Notes: generated by a model from the letters alone, not told the origin. DNA of 62,636 nucleotides, filler included, from Asterionella formosa (GCA_002256025.1; 17 parts of 17 records of this genome joined end to end with filler, not necessarily neighbours in it), one strand, 5' to 3'. Counted from the first letter of the whole stretch, positions 1 to 13,588 are shown. Program-made: numbers and translations.

Positions 1-2140
1 TAGGATTCCAAAAATGATAATGCAACTGCTGCAATTAACAAAAAGCTCTGTTGTTCCGCTTCTATATCAAGATTGTCAATGAAATCCCAACTGTCTGGTC
101 CTTCCGGTCTATTTGTCATTGTCGTTACAGTAATGATAATGGTAAAAATATTTTTGCTGAGTCTGATGCACATGTTTGCAGAGACTTAAAGATAACGGCT
201 AAATGTTTTGCCATTACAGAGATATATTTGTGAAATGAATCTCTGTAAAGATTCATTTTTTCAGAAGATACAACAAAAAATAATTTGCATCTCTGTTAAG
301 ATTGGCCCTTAGAAAAATTCTCAACTTTCCTCCCTCTGGTAGCCACAGAATCATGTTTAAAAATTGCCTATTACATCTGTACTACCCGGCTCTACTCCGC
401 CTCAAAGGATCAACTGGTACACGTAGCACAACAAATTTAAGGTTCATAATTACCACCTGACATTTTCAGTTTCGCCAACAAACAGGAAACCCCTAACCCT
501 TATCTTCGGATGCTACCTTGGAGGAGTCTGGGGTTAAGGTTGCTTATGGGGACGGAATGTCGAAATAGGCAAAGGGACGAAATATTATTTTCCTAAAAAT
601 AAAGATTAATTGCTGACAATGCGATGACAGCTGACGAATATACGGTAATTTACAATGAAGTACATAAAAAAGTGTACCTGTATAGTTGGTAGATACTTCG
701 AATCTGTAGCTCTCAAGCAGTAAAAGTTTCCAGAAAAAATGTTTCTACACAATTGGTTTGTCTTACTTTGTTTGCTAATAGTTGCTTTTATAAAAGAGTG
801 AGCTTGATGTCAATGTAAATTTGAATGTATAATTTTAAAACTTCCAAGCTCGTGCATGTTTCAAAACCAGTTGATCTTCGGAGGCAAGGTTCATTTGTGT
901 TCCCAATTTGAACTGAGAATAAACTACATCCTATTCCTAAATACACATATGTCTCATCTTGACCTATCTCAACTTAGGCCAGATGCTGTTTGATCAAAGA
1001 CTGCTTACAGAATGATCCTGTTAATCATAACTAGATCATATCAAGTTTGGTGTTTCTTTATCAAGGAACATATCTGTAGTTGTATAATCAATCATTTATT
1101 GATTTGGCCTCTACTTGGTCTCATCGCCTTCTAGAGTCCATTTAAAAGATTAGAGAGAACTTCTCCGGAAATTTCCTCGCTTAATTGTGGCATTTTATAC
1201 ACAATATTTAACCACGTGTCCTTGAATCAATCATCTAGTAGATTGTGGTGCATTTTCCTAATCAGGTCACTAGAGACGGAAAAATATTGACAATATCATA
1301 ACCTGATCTGGAATCAGGAATCACTATGTGTTTCAACTCCGGTATACTTTGTACAATATTTAATCATCGTTTGTTATTATAAAAGTATAGTTGGATAAGC
1401 ATGATTTGCGATTCACATTCTGTGGAAGTTTTTGTAAAGGACAAAGGTTCTTGCTATGAAAGGAAAACCGAGCGAATGTATGTACTATACTACAATGGCT
1501 TATACCGAACGATTTGACTATACACCACTGGCAAATACAAATATTTATGATATTAAAAGAGGACAATATTTAAATTTTATTGCACTCTTTAACTGAAGAA
1601 CTTAACATACAATTGTGGACATTCTGAAGCTGCTGCACTGTGGTCCAGGAGGCCTTATAGGCCTGCACATTGTCGGCCTCACTCATTACATATACAAGGC
1701 AGGCAGAACGTGCAGGAATCAACCTGCGACCTCAGTGGGCACACTAACCACTTCTCCTAAATATATAGTTTATATATGATGAATTATTGGACTAGAAGTC
1801 GTATAAACATATATAGGAAGCCAACACTAGCTAATAGTTCGAAATCGACGAAAATACAATTCCCTGCAAGCTACGACTGACCAATATTCATCCTCAACCT
1901 AGAATGACATGTGCTAACTTGAAAAAGTATCATGTAGTCATAAAAAAGCTATAGCTATACCACGACAAGTAAATATACTTATAAATTTTGTCAGCTAGTA
2001 CCAGGTACCTATTGAACCACAATTAGATTCAAGATACATGCTGTACACATGCATAAAATGTGCGTGTACCCAAAGTAACACTAACGGTAGTCAACTCCAC
2101 TCTCACTATCTCAAAGTTGAAATATTGAGAAAGCGGGCGT

Positions 2141-3196
2141 TTAACACTCTTCCTCTTGATCGTCAACCATGTCCACATCTAAGTGACCATTTGTGAATCC
2201 GGACGCTTGAGAAGACCTATGCTGTAGTACATCATTTCTAACTTGCAGCAACATATCTTCCATTGCTTCTCCGATGTCCTCGCTTTGATTTCCATCTGAA
2301 ACGTTCGATTGGGCTAGCTCAAGCGTCCCCTCTTCTAATCTAGTTTGCAGTCCCATCGCTGCATCCATATCGTTTTCATTGTGACTTATTACATCTTTGT
2401 CATCCACCGACTGAGATGGGACAAAATAATTTCGACAAATTGGACATCGTTTCTTGCCCTTGCTAAGCCAGACAAGAATGCAGTCAGCGTGAAAGGCATG
2501 CGGACAAGACTTTCGGGTCGACCAGACGACTTTATCTCCAATTTCATACTCCATGATACAAATGATGCATTCAACGTCGACAGTCCGTGACTTGCCATGT
2601 TTGTCTTTAATTGGTAGACATAGTAGGACAGGTGTTGGGTGCGTAATTGCAAGTTCTTCAATATCTGCATCCACTCGGGACTCATCGTCATCGGCATTGG
2701 AAAAAGTCCTTTCGGTGCCGGCGACAGATACGTCAGTTTTCTTCAAGTTGTCAGTTCCCATGCATTTCTCCTTCCACAGTCCCTGTGGTTCGTCCACGTC
2801 GATTTCTCCCGAGGAGCTCGAATTTACCCCTCTAATGTCTTGACCAGTAATAAAATCATTTTCCTCTACCACCATGGTGTATGGTTTCAAGAACTTTTGA
2901 TATTTTATCTTCCTTTGTTCCCGCTGTTGCAACAATAGCCGATTCCTTTCTTCCTTTTCCGCCTCTGCCTCCGCTGCGCGACGTTCGACTTCCAACCTTT
3001 GCTGCACATATTGATATATTAACGATTGAGGCGATTCAAAAGCGAGCATATTCTCTATACGATTTTGTAGGCAACACAGGCACATTACAAAGAAACATAG
3101 AATACCAAGGAGAATCACGACAAGGTAAGAAACCCCCGGCTCTGTGGATTGGGAAAATTCGAGCGTCCTATCGTTGACAACGTGATAATCTGACAT
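2141..3196 (-). CDS. Membrane-anchored RING-H2 E3 ubiquitin ligase (ATL/RNF-like), 351 aa
   Basis: Intact single-exon ORF. N-terminal hydrophobic helix YLVVILLGILCFFVMCLCCL, a coiled region, then a C3H2C3 RING: CIIC...CPHAFHADC...W...CPIC. Confidence 0.9.
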   Translation of the reverse strand: MSDYHVVNDRTLEFSQSTEPGVSYLVVILLGILCFFVMCLCCLQNRIENMLAFESPQSLIYQYVQQRLEVERRAAEAEAEKEERNRLLLQQREQRKIKYQKFLKPYTMVVEENDFITGQDIRGVNSSSSGEIDVDEPQGLWKEKCMGTDNLKKTDVSVAGTERTFSNADDDESRVDADIEELAITHPTPVLLCLPIKDKHGKSRTVDVECIICIMEYEIGDKVVWSTRKSCPHAFHADCILVWLSKGKKRCPICRNYFVPSQSVDDKDVISHNENDMDAAMGLQTRLEEGTLELAQSNVSDGNQSEDIGEAMEDMLLQVRNDVLQHRSSQASGFTNGHLDVDMVDDQEEEC

Positions 3197-3483
3197 TTGA
3201 TGACGTAAAAGGGGGTCTCTTTATTCTCTTATGTGTAATGGACCCAACATAGAATATTTTGATTGATAGCGAGGGGTGTAATGAAACCTTGTTCTCCTTC
3301 TTTTCATACTGCACTTCGCATCAAATACCAGATCGTGTGGACTATCATGTGCCGGAAAGACTAACATTATAATATATGATATTTTATTACACACATTTTG
3401 TACCAGGAAATACAATCAGTATTCTTGGCGCGAAGTGTGGCAGCAAAGGTGTTACTTTCTTCTCGTGTGTTACTGTTGTATGA

Positions 3484-3511
3484 TACTCCCTCTGTTCCGG
3501 TAACGTTGCAA
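3484..3511 (+). mobile_element. Stowaway/mariner-type terminal inverted repeat (isolated end)
   Basis: TA+CTCCCTCTGTT...GTTGCA. The same end recurs at 12049-12077 (+) and in reverse orientation at about 59102-59130 (TGCAAC...ACAGAGGGAG). A related right end lies at about 61717-61762. Confidence 0.55.
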
Positions 3512-3609
3512 CACGTCAGCTAATTGTAGACTACGGTAGGGTCCACCAGGTACTCAGAACATATATTATTCACACCATTGTGGCTGGATGCATTATGAAA
3601 CTACATTGG

Positions 3610-3709
3610 NNNNNNNNNNNNNNNNNNNNNNNNNNNNNNNNNNNNNNNNNNNNTTAATTAATTAANNNNNNNNNNNNNNNNNNNNNNNNNNNNNNNNNNN
3701 NNNNNNNNN
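3610..3709. other. Artificial contig-joining linker (N44-TTAATTAATTAA-N44), one of 16
   Basis: Identical 100-bp linkers start at 3610, 7319, 11022, 14725, 18426, 22123, 25819, 29514, 33205, 36892, 40577, 44261, 47941, 51617, 55291 and 58965. The core has stop codons in all six frames. Confidence 0.99.
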
Positions 3710-4314
3710 AGATAAAATGGGAGCAAACTAACAGAATTAATGGTAGTCAGAGTGAAGAATATTTGTGAACGGAAATGTTGCGAATTGTCGAGAAAAGTAC
3801 CGTATTATAGAGATTATTACTGAACAAATTTTTCTTCGTGTCGCCAGAAAATATTGTCAGTTGGCCCCAAAAATTATGTGGGTTTCTAAAATAATTATGG
3901 AAGTTGTCGAAACTATTTAAGTTCACTCCGTCCATATATATTGTATGATGCATCATATTTTTTTGTGATGTCATACCCTTAAATTATGTACGTAGCTAAA
4001 TTCGTCATATTGGGCCACCCAAATAATTAATTTGGGTGATCATATTTGACTAGCGTTTTTTTTGTGGCGGCTGTACCAGTAATCGGCGTTGTAGATGTAG
4101 TACATGCATAGTGAAACTAATACATCACTACCGGGATAACCTCTTTTCGCCCGAGATGGTAACAAGCAACCAACCGTTTTTTCGGCGACGCGCTCTTGAG
4201 AAGGAACTCAAGGTATGTAAATTATGTGTGTAATCCCTTGTATACACCGGTGATTCATTGTACCTGGTGCCAAATTTGTACTGGTGATTTGTTGTGCATA
4301 CTATGGACTAACTC

Positions 4315-5229
4315 ATGTGCGTCTTTTTCTACATGGCTCCTCGTATATCTATCACAAAGAACCGACGCAAGCTAGGGCTAACATACAAGGCAGGGCACAA
4401 GAAGGGAGACTGTTTTGGTAAAGGCTATGCTACAAGACTATGTGTCGACCTAGCAACAGCTGCAGGCACGGATAATGCTGCTTGTTGCACTGCCCATGGG
4501 AGGAGGAAGAGTATGATCCTTTCCCTTGTCAACTCTATTGTTTCCTTATCTACAAAAATAATTCTCGACAAATACAGGCATGGATCAGCTGAAATCAATG
4601 CCAGATACCAGCTGCCATCAAAGGAAATGCAGCATCAAGCAAGTCTAGCAGTTTTTGAAAAATTTGAAGACAATGAGGACCAGCATAAAATTCCCGAGAA
4701 ATATTTTTCTGACCTTGCAGTTGTTCCTCCTGATGTCAAGAAATCGGCTGCAATTTCCATTCCCATTGACGATCCTATTGTTGATTGTAAAGTTGTTTTG
4801 TTGCCCTCCTCTACCAACCCAACTCCTCATGCTCATCCTCCAGGAGCTCCCATCCACTACTACTCCCACCATCTGCTTCAAACTCCTCAGCACATATACA
4901 GTTCTGGTCCGCCGCCTCCAGCACAACATGCAATCTACCATCCCGGCCCCCCTCCCCCACCGAACAATGTTGTTTATTCCTATCAGCAGCCATATTTTCA
5001 TCCTCCACCGGCACCACCACAACAACAAATGTACTACTCCCATGCTCCTCCTCCTGTTCCTCCTCCTCATGGATACTATCATATGCCGCCTCCGGCCAGC
5101 AGTCAACCAGCACCAGTCTACTACCACCACCAGCCAACTCCAACTCCATCACCAGCATCCACCCATTCACCACAACATCACCAACTTCCAGCGGCAAATA
5201 CAATTACCCCAGCTCCTCCTCCGTATTGA
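4315..5229 (+). mobile_element. Tyrosine recombinase C-terminal half (Crypton-like) with a long Pro/His/Tyr/Gln-rich tail; 5'-truncated
   Basis: YR catalytic motifs in the correct order: CTAHGRR (HxxR), YRHGS (H) and INARYQ (Tyr nucleophile). The N-terminal catalytic Arg region is not visible. Confidence 0.7.
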
Positions 5230-5551
5230 AAAATTCATTTTCTGCCTGTGATGACATGACGGAAAAACTGAGTGTAAGTTTTTTGTGACATTGAAGTTAA
5301 ACATATTTTTTGTTGACGATCTTCTCACCCAATCTCCTATATTCCTTTCCTTCTCTTTCTTTGCTCTCTCCCTACTTCAATAATCATCTTGTTGCTTACC
5401 TTTGTTGTTGATGAATCATACTTTGATTGCCAAAAAAATGATGCGCAATTTTTGACATCCGCATGTCACAATCATTTTTGTGTGATTTTTTCAATGGTCC
5501 GAAATTTTCTCTTCTCCATGGTGTTCTTTGACCAATTGAAAAAACCAGCAT

Positions 5552-5718
5552 TTACCGTTATTCTGGTTGTCATGCTAAAATCGGCAATTTATTGCCGAAA
5601 CATTCGATGTGCCCCATACTGCCCTTAAATAAAAATTACTTAAGAAATTACTTAGAGCCTAAAAATTACTTAGAAGTACCCGAATGGCAAGACGATAGCT
5701 GGAGCGGGAATTGCTGGT
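5552..5718 (+). repeat. ~170-bp element end shared with 14209-14382
   Basis: Near-identical sequence ending CGAATGGCAAGACGATAGCTGGA(G/C)CGGGAATTGCTGGT in both places. The flanks diverge immediately afterwards. Confidence 0.9.
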
Positions 5719-6255
5719 CAAGAAGGTGATTGTGCGACAATTCCAACGAGAACCTGCACGATCGCCATAGATCCTGATGGCGCGACTCCGAATATCTTTT
5801 TCCCTCTCATCAACTTCGCTTATCGAGACTTTGACGATGATGGAGATGGAACTGCCTGTCCTCCTCTTGAGGCCAAATTGATCCAGCTGTAGTGAATTCA
5901 TTAAGCGTGCAGAAGGCGAATTACATCAAGAGGCCGTATGCGAAACTCAAGGGCTGTCCCATGACCATCGATTATATTGTTAACGCCAATCTTTATTACT
6001 TAAAGAGCTGTCCAAATAAGAAGGCTGCCTGCTGTGATGGCTGTGATAATCTAGTTTGGGAGGACTGCAAGGGTGTTGATATATACCCTAGCTAGCTATG
6101 GCTACTATGTAATGTCCAACACTGGCAAATGGCGTCCCGGAGAAACACGCGTTTATGAATTTGGTGCCAACATCGAATTCGACAGTGAGCCTTTCTGTCC
6201 ATCTGTGTATATACTAAAGGCGGTGAAGAAGGTTAGGGAGCAGAACTCCAGTTGA
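5719..6255 (+). pseudogene. 3' remnant of a Cys-containing unknown host gene, frameshifted and cut at the element end
   Basis: Protein-like segments in three successive frames (QEGDCATIPTRTC..., NSLSVQKANY...CCDGCDNLVWEDC, YGYYVMSNTGKWRPGETRVYEFG...). They start right at the repeat boundary. Confidence 0.45.
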
Positions 6256-8059
6256 TACCGCCACCTGTTTGACATTGTATGTTGTTATTTTTCCATCTGT
6301 ATATTGCGTGATGGTCCTAACTGTTGGAGAAAATATTTTAGGAAAGAAAATCCCGGTATAAATTACCTACTACATATTGAATCGAATGAATCAAGAAAGA
6401 ATATGGTACCAGAGAATTCGAAAACAATCTACGCCAACAGTAAAAACCCATAATTCTATTACAACTCTTAGGAACGATTACAATCGATTACGGATACATC
6501 GTTGTTCATATCTACAGCCTATTTGGTCCCTGACGTGTCCTTACAGGATACAAGAAAGCATAGAGTGCTTCGGGACGCAATTTCAGCACTAACCAAGCTA
6601 TTCCGGTGACTCTTGTACTTTTACAAGGAGTTCATTCCATTTGCGTTTCATGTTTCTTTCCATGCATTCAGCACAAATGAAGAAGACATTCGGATTATTT
6701 GAAGTATTGTAGCACTGGCAGAGCAATTCTATACATATCATGGTACTCCGAGTACCTTTAATATTTGTTCTTCGCTTGCTCTACCATGTAACATATCATG
6801 AGTGTACTTGGGGCTACTATGCCTTGTGATACAGGATACTTGATCTCGAGTGCAAAGGAGCTACACATGCAAAAACAGGAATTCAATTAATAATTTTACT
6901 AACACTAGATATCTAAATAATTCATCCCTCCCATGAAGTGAGTGGATGCAAACCCACTGGATTCCCATAAAACGTGTGGTTAGCATTTGCGATTGCAGGT
7001 GTTTAGTTGGAACCCTGAAAATTCCTCTGCATTCAACATGCACAGAGACAAGTTTGCTGTGCATCAATGTTTTTAGGTGCCATGAGGTAATTCTTGTGGG
7101 CCCAATAAGCAAATTCAACAGTTAACTTCCAGTCAAGTAGTCGTCTTAATAGTCTTTTTCCCTTCCTTGACTCTTACTTAACCTGGAAATCTTCGGTCAT
7201 GCAAATTTTTATCACAAATTTGCGTAAAATGAACGTATTATACTTTCCAATGGAGCCGTCTAATCAAAAATGATGTTTCCGCCTATTTTACATCACTTCT
7301 CTGCTTGTTTCTGGCCCTNNNNNNNNNNNNNNNNNNNNNNNNNNNNNNNNNNNNNNNNNNNNTTAATTAATTAANNNNNNNNNNNNNNNNNNNNNNNNNN
7401 NNNNNNNNNNNNNNNNNNCCACTCTCAATGGTCTCTTGTCGAACCATCAACCTGCAAGATTGGATGCTAACTCTTTAGCTTCCTTGGTATTTGAAAACGT
7501 TGTGTAACATGCTTTCATGCTGGGTGAACTCTTCAGCCTTCCTTGAAGATTATTTTATTTGAAACCCTGTGGCTGGGTGCAAATTTTGAGGACATTTGAG
7601 GACATCGGGTAGGACAACGGATAACCCTAACCCTTCTAAAATTTATGATTGCGCGCAAAAAAGCTTGCTGTTTTGTGTCCACAATGGCCATCATTGACCG
7701 TCGTTTTTTTTATTACCACATTGCGATCTCGCGGATCCAACTCCGGTTCGAGATTCACAATCGTCTTTACTAATAGAATGAGTCGATGGATCCGCAAGGG
7801 CACTACTAATTCTCATTTAATTTTGAGCTATTTTAATATTATCTGTTCAGAAAGTTCTTCCTACCAACTGAAATGGATTCCAATCGAGCTTCTATGTGAC
7901 CACATGCACCTGAGATTCAATGTTGAAGTTGACATGAAGTTCACCAAGACTATGTTGACAAGAACGATTTTTAAAATTCATGGAAAGACAGGAAGTGAGG
8001 CAAATAAAGTGGTTCTGGCGGAAAATCTTCTGGTTGACATGTATTGGCATGGTCATTGT

Positions 8060-8996
8060 GAGAAAGGAAGTGGTAGGTGTGAGTTTGAGTATGGAGGGAG
8101 TAAGGAGGGATACTGGAATTATGCACACATGGTGTGTCAGTTCGAAGATTGTGTAGATGTCCTCAAGATACTACAACCCACTTACCATTTTGTATTCCTC
8201 TTCGACCAATCATCTGGTCACTAAAAGCAACGCCCTGATGGTCTTAATTCAACCCGAATGAACAAGTCATTTTGGAGGAAGGAACACGTTGATGAGAGAA
8301 ACGAAAATAGAAACAGTACAAGGAAACCTGGGAACTTACAATTCAATTCTACATCCAGGCAATACTCAATGCCTTACTTTTCTACAATCAGATCAGGATC
8401 CATTTTGGCTCACCCCTACTCAAGCTGAATTATGTCGCCATAATGTTGTGATTGGAACAAAAAATACTGACCGAAATCGGCTGTCATTGACAATGGACCT
8501 GCTAAGCAAAGGAGTTAACACAAAAGGGAAAAGCAAAAGAGAGTTAGTCAAACTATGTACAAAGAATGCCATTGAAACCAAAGAACTAGTTGAAAGAAGG
8601 AAAGAAGGTTGGGTGGGTAAGTCGAAGGGTTTGTTACAGGTGTTATGGGATGGAGGATTCATTGATGAGATGATCATTGAAAAATACAAACTTACTGGAA
8701 AGAACGACGATTTCGGAATCCTTGACAATTCTACAAGCTTAAGACACATGATGACCATGTGCTCCGACTTCCTTCATGAGCAAGGAATGATGGAATTCAT
8801 TGGACGAAAGGTTGGAGTGGAAGTTATTCTAACTCCAAAATGCCATGCAGAACTTGCAGGCAAAGGAGTTGAGTACATGTGGGCATGCTCCAAGAACCAC
8901 TATCGAAATCTATCCCTGACGGAAAAGAAAGGGAAAGACAAATTTACAGAAGCAGTTAGAAAATGTTTGTCGGTCGATGTGATTACATTGATGTGA
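8060..8996 (+). mobile_element. Degenerate IS630/Tc1/mariner-related DDE transposase
   Basis: EGYWNYAHMVCQFEDCVDVLK...FVFLFDQSSGH (second D), WVGKSKGLLQVLWDGG, and ILTPKCHAELAGKGVEYMW (PxxxxELxxxE-type motif). In-frame stop at 8222-8224 and a frameshift near 8275. Confidence 0.75.
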
Positions 8997-11900
8997 GTAA
9001 GAAAATTTGCAAAACCGGTCACCATATGCATAGCAAACAACGCAGCAGACAAAATGTAACCACAATATCCATCAGATGGTGCCATACTCACATGTGTTAA
9101 CGGCCATCACAGAGATCAAAGGTGTGTGTGTGTGGGGGGGGGGTGTACAGAAGTTACTCCTGTTGCGCAAATCCTACGGTAGAATTAACAATTTACCCAT
9201 AGTAAACCACGCCATAGTACCCCTCTCACACAAACAATCATCAAGCGGCCAACAATCACGCTACGCTTCCTTGGGAGTGCTACCAGGGTACCAGGGCTCG
9301 TACGCATACACCGTACCATCACCCAGAATTGAGTCCTCACTACATAACTTCGAACACAATACATGGACGAGTTTTCGAGCCTCAAAGGCGCGACTAGAAA
9401 TTTAGCCTGCCTTTGATTACTGGATGTTGATGTTGCTATAGGTATCGGTGATTTCAGGGGGACAAGTCTCAAATGATGAGTTCTTGTCTCACTGGATGTT
9501 GTTTCTCAGTCCCAAGTCATCAAATTGGTACAATGAATCAGTATCTACTTATGTTGAACATTCACATCCCTTAATTCCTTCCTTCTGTAGCAATAATTAT
9601 TCAATTCCTTCCGCCTGTAGCAATACTAAGCAATTTAGTAGTTGCTGCTTCTTTCCTCTGCCTCCATTTCTAGTTGTTCTTCTCTAGTTTTGTGAGTTCC
9701 GTTCTTCTCCTACACTAGTCATCATAGTACTTGTACTGGTGGAATGAAAAGTAGTAAGTAGAGCAAGTTCTTAATCTCATGTTCGAGGTGAAGTACTACT
9801 AGGTGTTGTCACAGCCCTGTGATCATCACGAAAATGTTGATCATTACAACCCCAATTTCCACTCCTTCTCAGCTGCTTCTTTATTGGGATACATTTCTCC
9901 TCTCATTCAGATGAATTCACATAATTAAGTAGCGTATTAATCGCTATTACTGCATTTTATGTAACATAGATGTAATCTTGTCTACTTTTGCTCTTCGTTT
10001 GATACTCATGTTGGAATACCATGATCACCCTCTTGCCTCTAGAAATTTCGAAATAATTGGTTTCCAAAATATTGTTTGGAAACAACTTTTTTAACTAACC
10101 TATCAATCTAAAAGTATTGAATTGTGTATGATCATCATAACAGTACTTTTCATGAAGATATTCCCTGAATTGACCAACCGGCATAATCCAAGCATTATGT
10201 ATGGCAAGGTCACTGATAGCGGCCAAAACTGATATTGCTATTATTTTTAAAACATCCGGTTAAAAGTGACTCCCCAGAAGCATTTCCCTTGTGACATAAT
10301 GAACATTTCTAAAAGCCTTTGGGGAATCACTTTTGCGCAAGAAACGACAGAGAGCTTGAGTAACATGGTGAGCCGATTGAAGCAAATAAAATGGCGTGAT
10401 GTTTAGTAGCTACACCTATAGGGATAAAGATAATATTTTGTACCAGATCTACGTGGGCTACTATAATTATGTTTTTGATGCAACTAGCCATATCAATGTA
10501 TCTCTTTTGTAAAATTGCCATGGTATATATAGGTACTCCACAAGGTACCTGGCATCTGGTAGCTACTAAACAGAGGGAAAAGTTCACAACTCTTCAAATA
10601 TGATAGGACCAAAGATAAAAGAGCAGTTAGATAAATCTTTTCAAGGCAATACAGAAATAAAAGGTCACAATTCTTGATGCATAAAAACAGGTTAACTACC
10701 ATAGAGGAGCGAAGCATTCCTTCATTTCTCAACACAATGAAACAAGATAAGCCATAAGCCAAAGAAGGCGAAATTCCAAAGTGGTGAATATAAAGTGCAT
10801 CAACCTGAATTAGATTTGAGCAGATTTCAAGTAAAATCAGTATTGCTTGATAAATGATTCAACATCAATGCATGTCAGAAAAACCTCTATTTTTAGGTAC
10901 TGCCTGGTGTTGACGTCCAGATCATGAGATACAATTCACATCAAAGTATGAATGAAAACAGCTGATATCATAGAAGATTCATGCAAGTGTGGTAGGTTTG
11001 CATGATAGAGCAGAAACAAGANNNNNNNNNNNNNNNNNNNNNNNNNNNNNNNNNNNNNNNNNNNNTTAATTAATTAANNNNNNNNNNNNNNNNNNNNNNN
11101 NNNNNNNNNNNNNNNNNNNNNCAAGCGGAAGTGTAAGAAGAAGTGTATAGAGGATCTTGCATGTCTGTGTTGACTCATGGCAAATCAAGAATTAAGCAGG
11201 TATGTCAGCTATATATTCCATACTGCTACATAATACGCGTAGTTTTCCTACATGGTTTTAGTAATGGAAAATTATCGAACTAGTCTGGAGGGAAGCCTGG
11301 AGGGATATGCACATGATTGTAGCCAGCCCGTAACCGTTGAATTTTCGTGATACTTTTTGGGTGATACAATTTCATTTTTATTTTAGTGGAGAATGGATTT
11401 TTTCGGTTTAAATCGAGTAGCCGTTACATGATACTTTTTCAAAAAAAATGATACCAAATCGAAAATGATAAGAACGACCCTAAGCATGGTGTGGCATGAA
11501 TTGAGAATTGCTTCAACAACAGTTAATTCCTATGTAAAAACTTGAAACCATTAGCATATAGTGCGTATGATTCATTTATCTAACACAACCAATCATTTTA
11601 CATGATTGCAGCCTAAAATTATAGGTGAAAAATAAATAGACAATGGAGCAAAACATCATCTTTGCATATTTCTGCTTCAATGGTTTTGTTTGACTAGTCC
11701 TCACCATAGAGAGATGACTGTCGCTATTTCTTTCTTCAGCGTTTTTTTGTCAAAGTGGAGCCAGCCTGAAAAAAAGATTGGGATTGTGATACCGAAAACA
11801 ACAGACATGGAAGTCATCACTGCGTGCTGATTGATGAACTAGAACGAAGAAGACATACTTCCACTATCAGCTACCACACCTTGGCAACTAGAGAATCATA

Positions 11901-12614
11901 GCATCTGAGGCTGGACTAACAGAATTGAACAATTACTTGTTCTACTTCTCAAATTTAGTAGATAGAATCTCCAAATTAGATATGTCAAGTTAATCGAAAT
12001 CATCAATAGAGCCAGGCATGTGGAATTGCAAGTATCCATGTTTGTTAATACTCCCTCTGTTCAACTATAGTTGCAATCAAACTTTAGGTCACTGCCTCTC
12101 ATGAAGTGGAACCTCAAATAATTCTCCGGCTAACAGCCCCTGTTCTAAGTTGTATAGAACTAGGTGAATCTAACCTTGATTTGTGGCGAGTTTTTGAAGA
12201 ATTGTGCCCTGTTAAAGGAAGTTTGCCCCCCTTTCTCACTGACCCTTGATTAGTCAATATACTCAAGAAGAAGAAGGATCTAACACCAGAACAGCTACAA
12301 AACATAGCCGAAAGCTGGTTTCGCAGCCTCAAAAGGGAGGCTGATGCGACTGTTGACATGGATGGACAGCTCATCATAAGTCCGGGCGTGCACAATACTT
12401 TAGACATATTATTCGAGCTCTATAGAACGAAATAGCCATTTTTTTCCAGAAATGCATGGTCGTTACCGGTAATTTATTTAGCAGCTAAGTCTCTTTGATA
12501 CTGGTAGCAGTACCATAGCCGATATGACACACGAATGGTCACGTCAGTAAAGAACTGAAAAACAATGCTGCGAATCTATTTGTTTTTTGAAGGCATATCT
12601 AGTAAGTAGGTATA

Positions 12615-13541
12615 TACTGAAGGTAATAAACGACCGAGGGTGGAGACTGCCTGCAAGTATTCTTTTGTTCGAGGCTTGGGAGGCGCGAGTAGGTTGACCT
12701 TCTTGCAGCATTGGCCGAGTAAACAAGATTACGAGCAGGCAGACTCTTCCCAAGTAGGGTTTTACCTAGGCAATTCTTAAACTAGCTATCAGCGCGCGTT
12801 TCGCCACTACATTGCCCTTTAAGTTAACATTGAAACCTATTTTAGATAGTTTGTATGTTGGATGCGAACTAGCCGATTGGCCATCACATAAAACAAATAT
12901 TGTATATTTCATATATACACTTTTTTGATTACTCAATCCTGCAATTGCCCATCATATAAAACATATTTTGTATATTTCATATGCTCCGTTTTTCGACTGC
13001 CAAACTACCTTCAATATTTTCAATAGCCCCTAGATTTTATTGCCGAAATCGACTGCCGTTTATTTAAGGGAATTTGATTACTGATATCTATGGCCCCTCA
13101 ATTGACTGCAGTTTTCTTAAGGAAAATCTACTGCCGAAATTGGACGAGAGTAGGAGGAGCAACATGAAGGCACAAAATGATGGTTTTCTTTAAAGTATCG
13201 ACAGCAATTCCACTATTTACATCCCTGCTATCTTCCAGTATGCTCCGATGTATACAAAATCTGGTCATTGATGTCTCAAACATCGACTCTTCATCAAATG
13301 AATCTGGCTGGTTGTTGGATAATTCGACTTCTCATATGATTCATATCGTTGCATCGTACTTGCTTCATCATTTGTGCCGCCAAAATTTCGGTTCCTCTTT
13401 CTGTTGATTTCCGATAGCCTTTCCGGTCAAATCCTTCGCTAGATTTTATATGTAGTGACGAATAAATTATTGATTGTTCAAAAGCGACATCAATCAGTCG
13501 TTGGGTATCAAAACTCAAAAAGTTATGGTAGGTCAAAGTTA
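12615..13541 (+). repeat. ~930-bp dispersed repeat (TE-derived), second copy at about 51995-52922
   Basis: Collinear similarity throughout, from GAAGGTAA...GAGACTGCCTGC through GGTAGGTC(A/G)AAGTTAG. The + strand ORFs 13177 and 52555 translate alike (MMVFFKVSTAIPLFTSLLSSSML vs MMVFCKVLMAIPLFTSLLSSSML). Confidence 0.9.
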
Positions 13542-13588
13542 GGCTTCGATCTCGTCATTGAACCGGTATTTTCTTGTGTGACTATTGA

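Noticed and set aside
489..500. CCCTAACCCT here and at about 7622-7633 as telomere
   Set aside because: Fewer than two full units, internal to TE-like sequence.
3654..3665. TTAATTAATTAA recurring about every 3.7 kb as a biological periodic motif
   Set aside because: It is always centred in 44+44 N and is an assembly linker. ORFs ending in X...LIN are artefacts.
4645..5251. Overlapping alternative-frame ORFs here, and similar shadows over the RING and kinase genes
   Set aside because: These are antisense or off-frame by-products of low-complexity or repetitive coding sequence.
9800..11021. Possible MULE transposase relic on the minus strand
   Set aside because: Only vague motifs (LAYGL, GESL.NRMFK) with many stops; cannot be supported.
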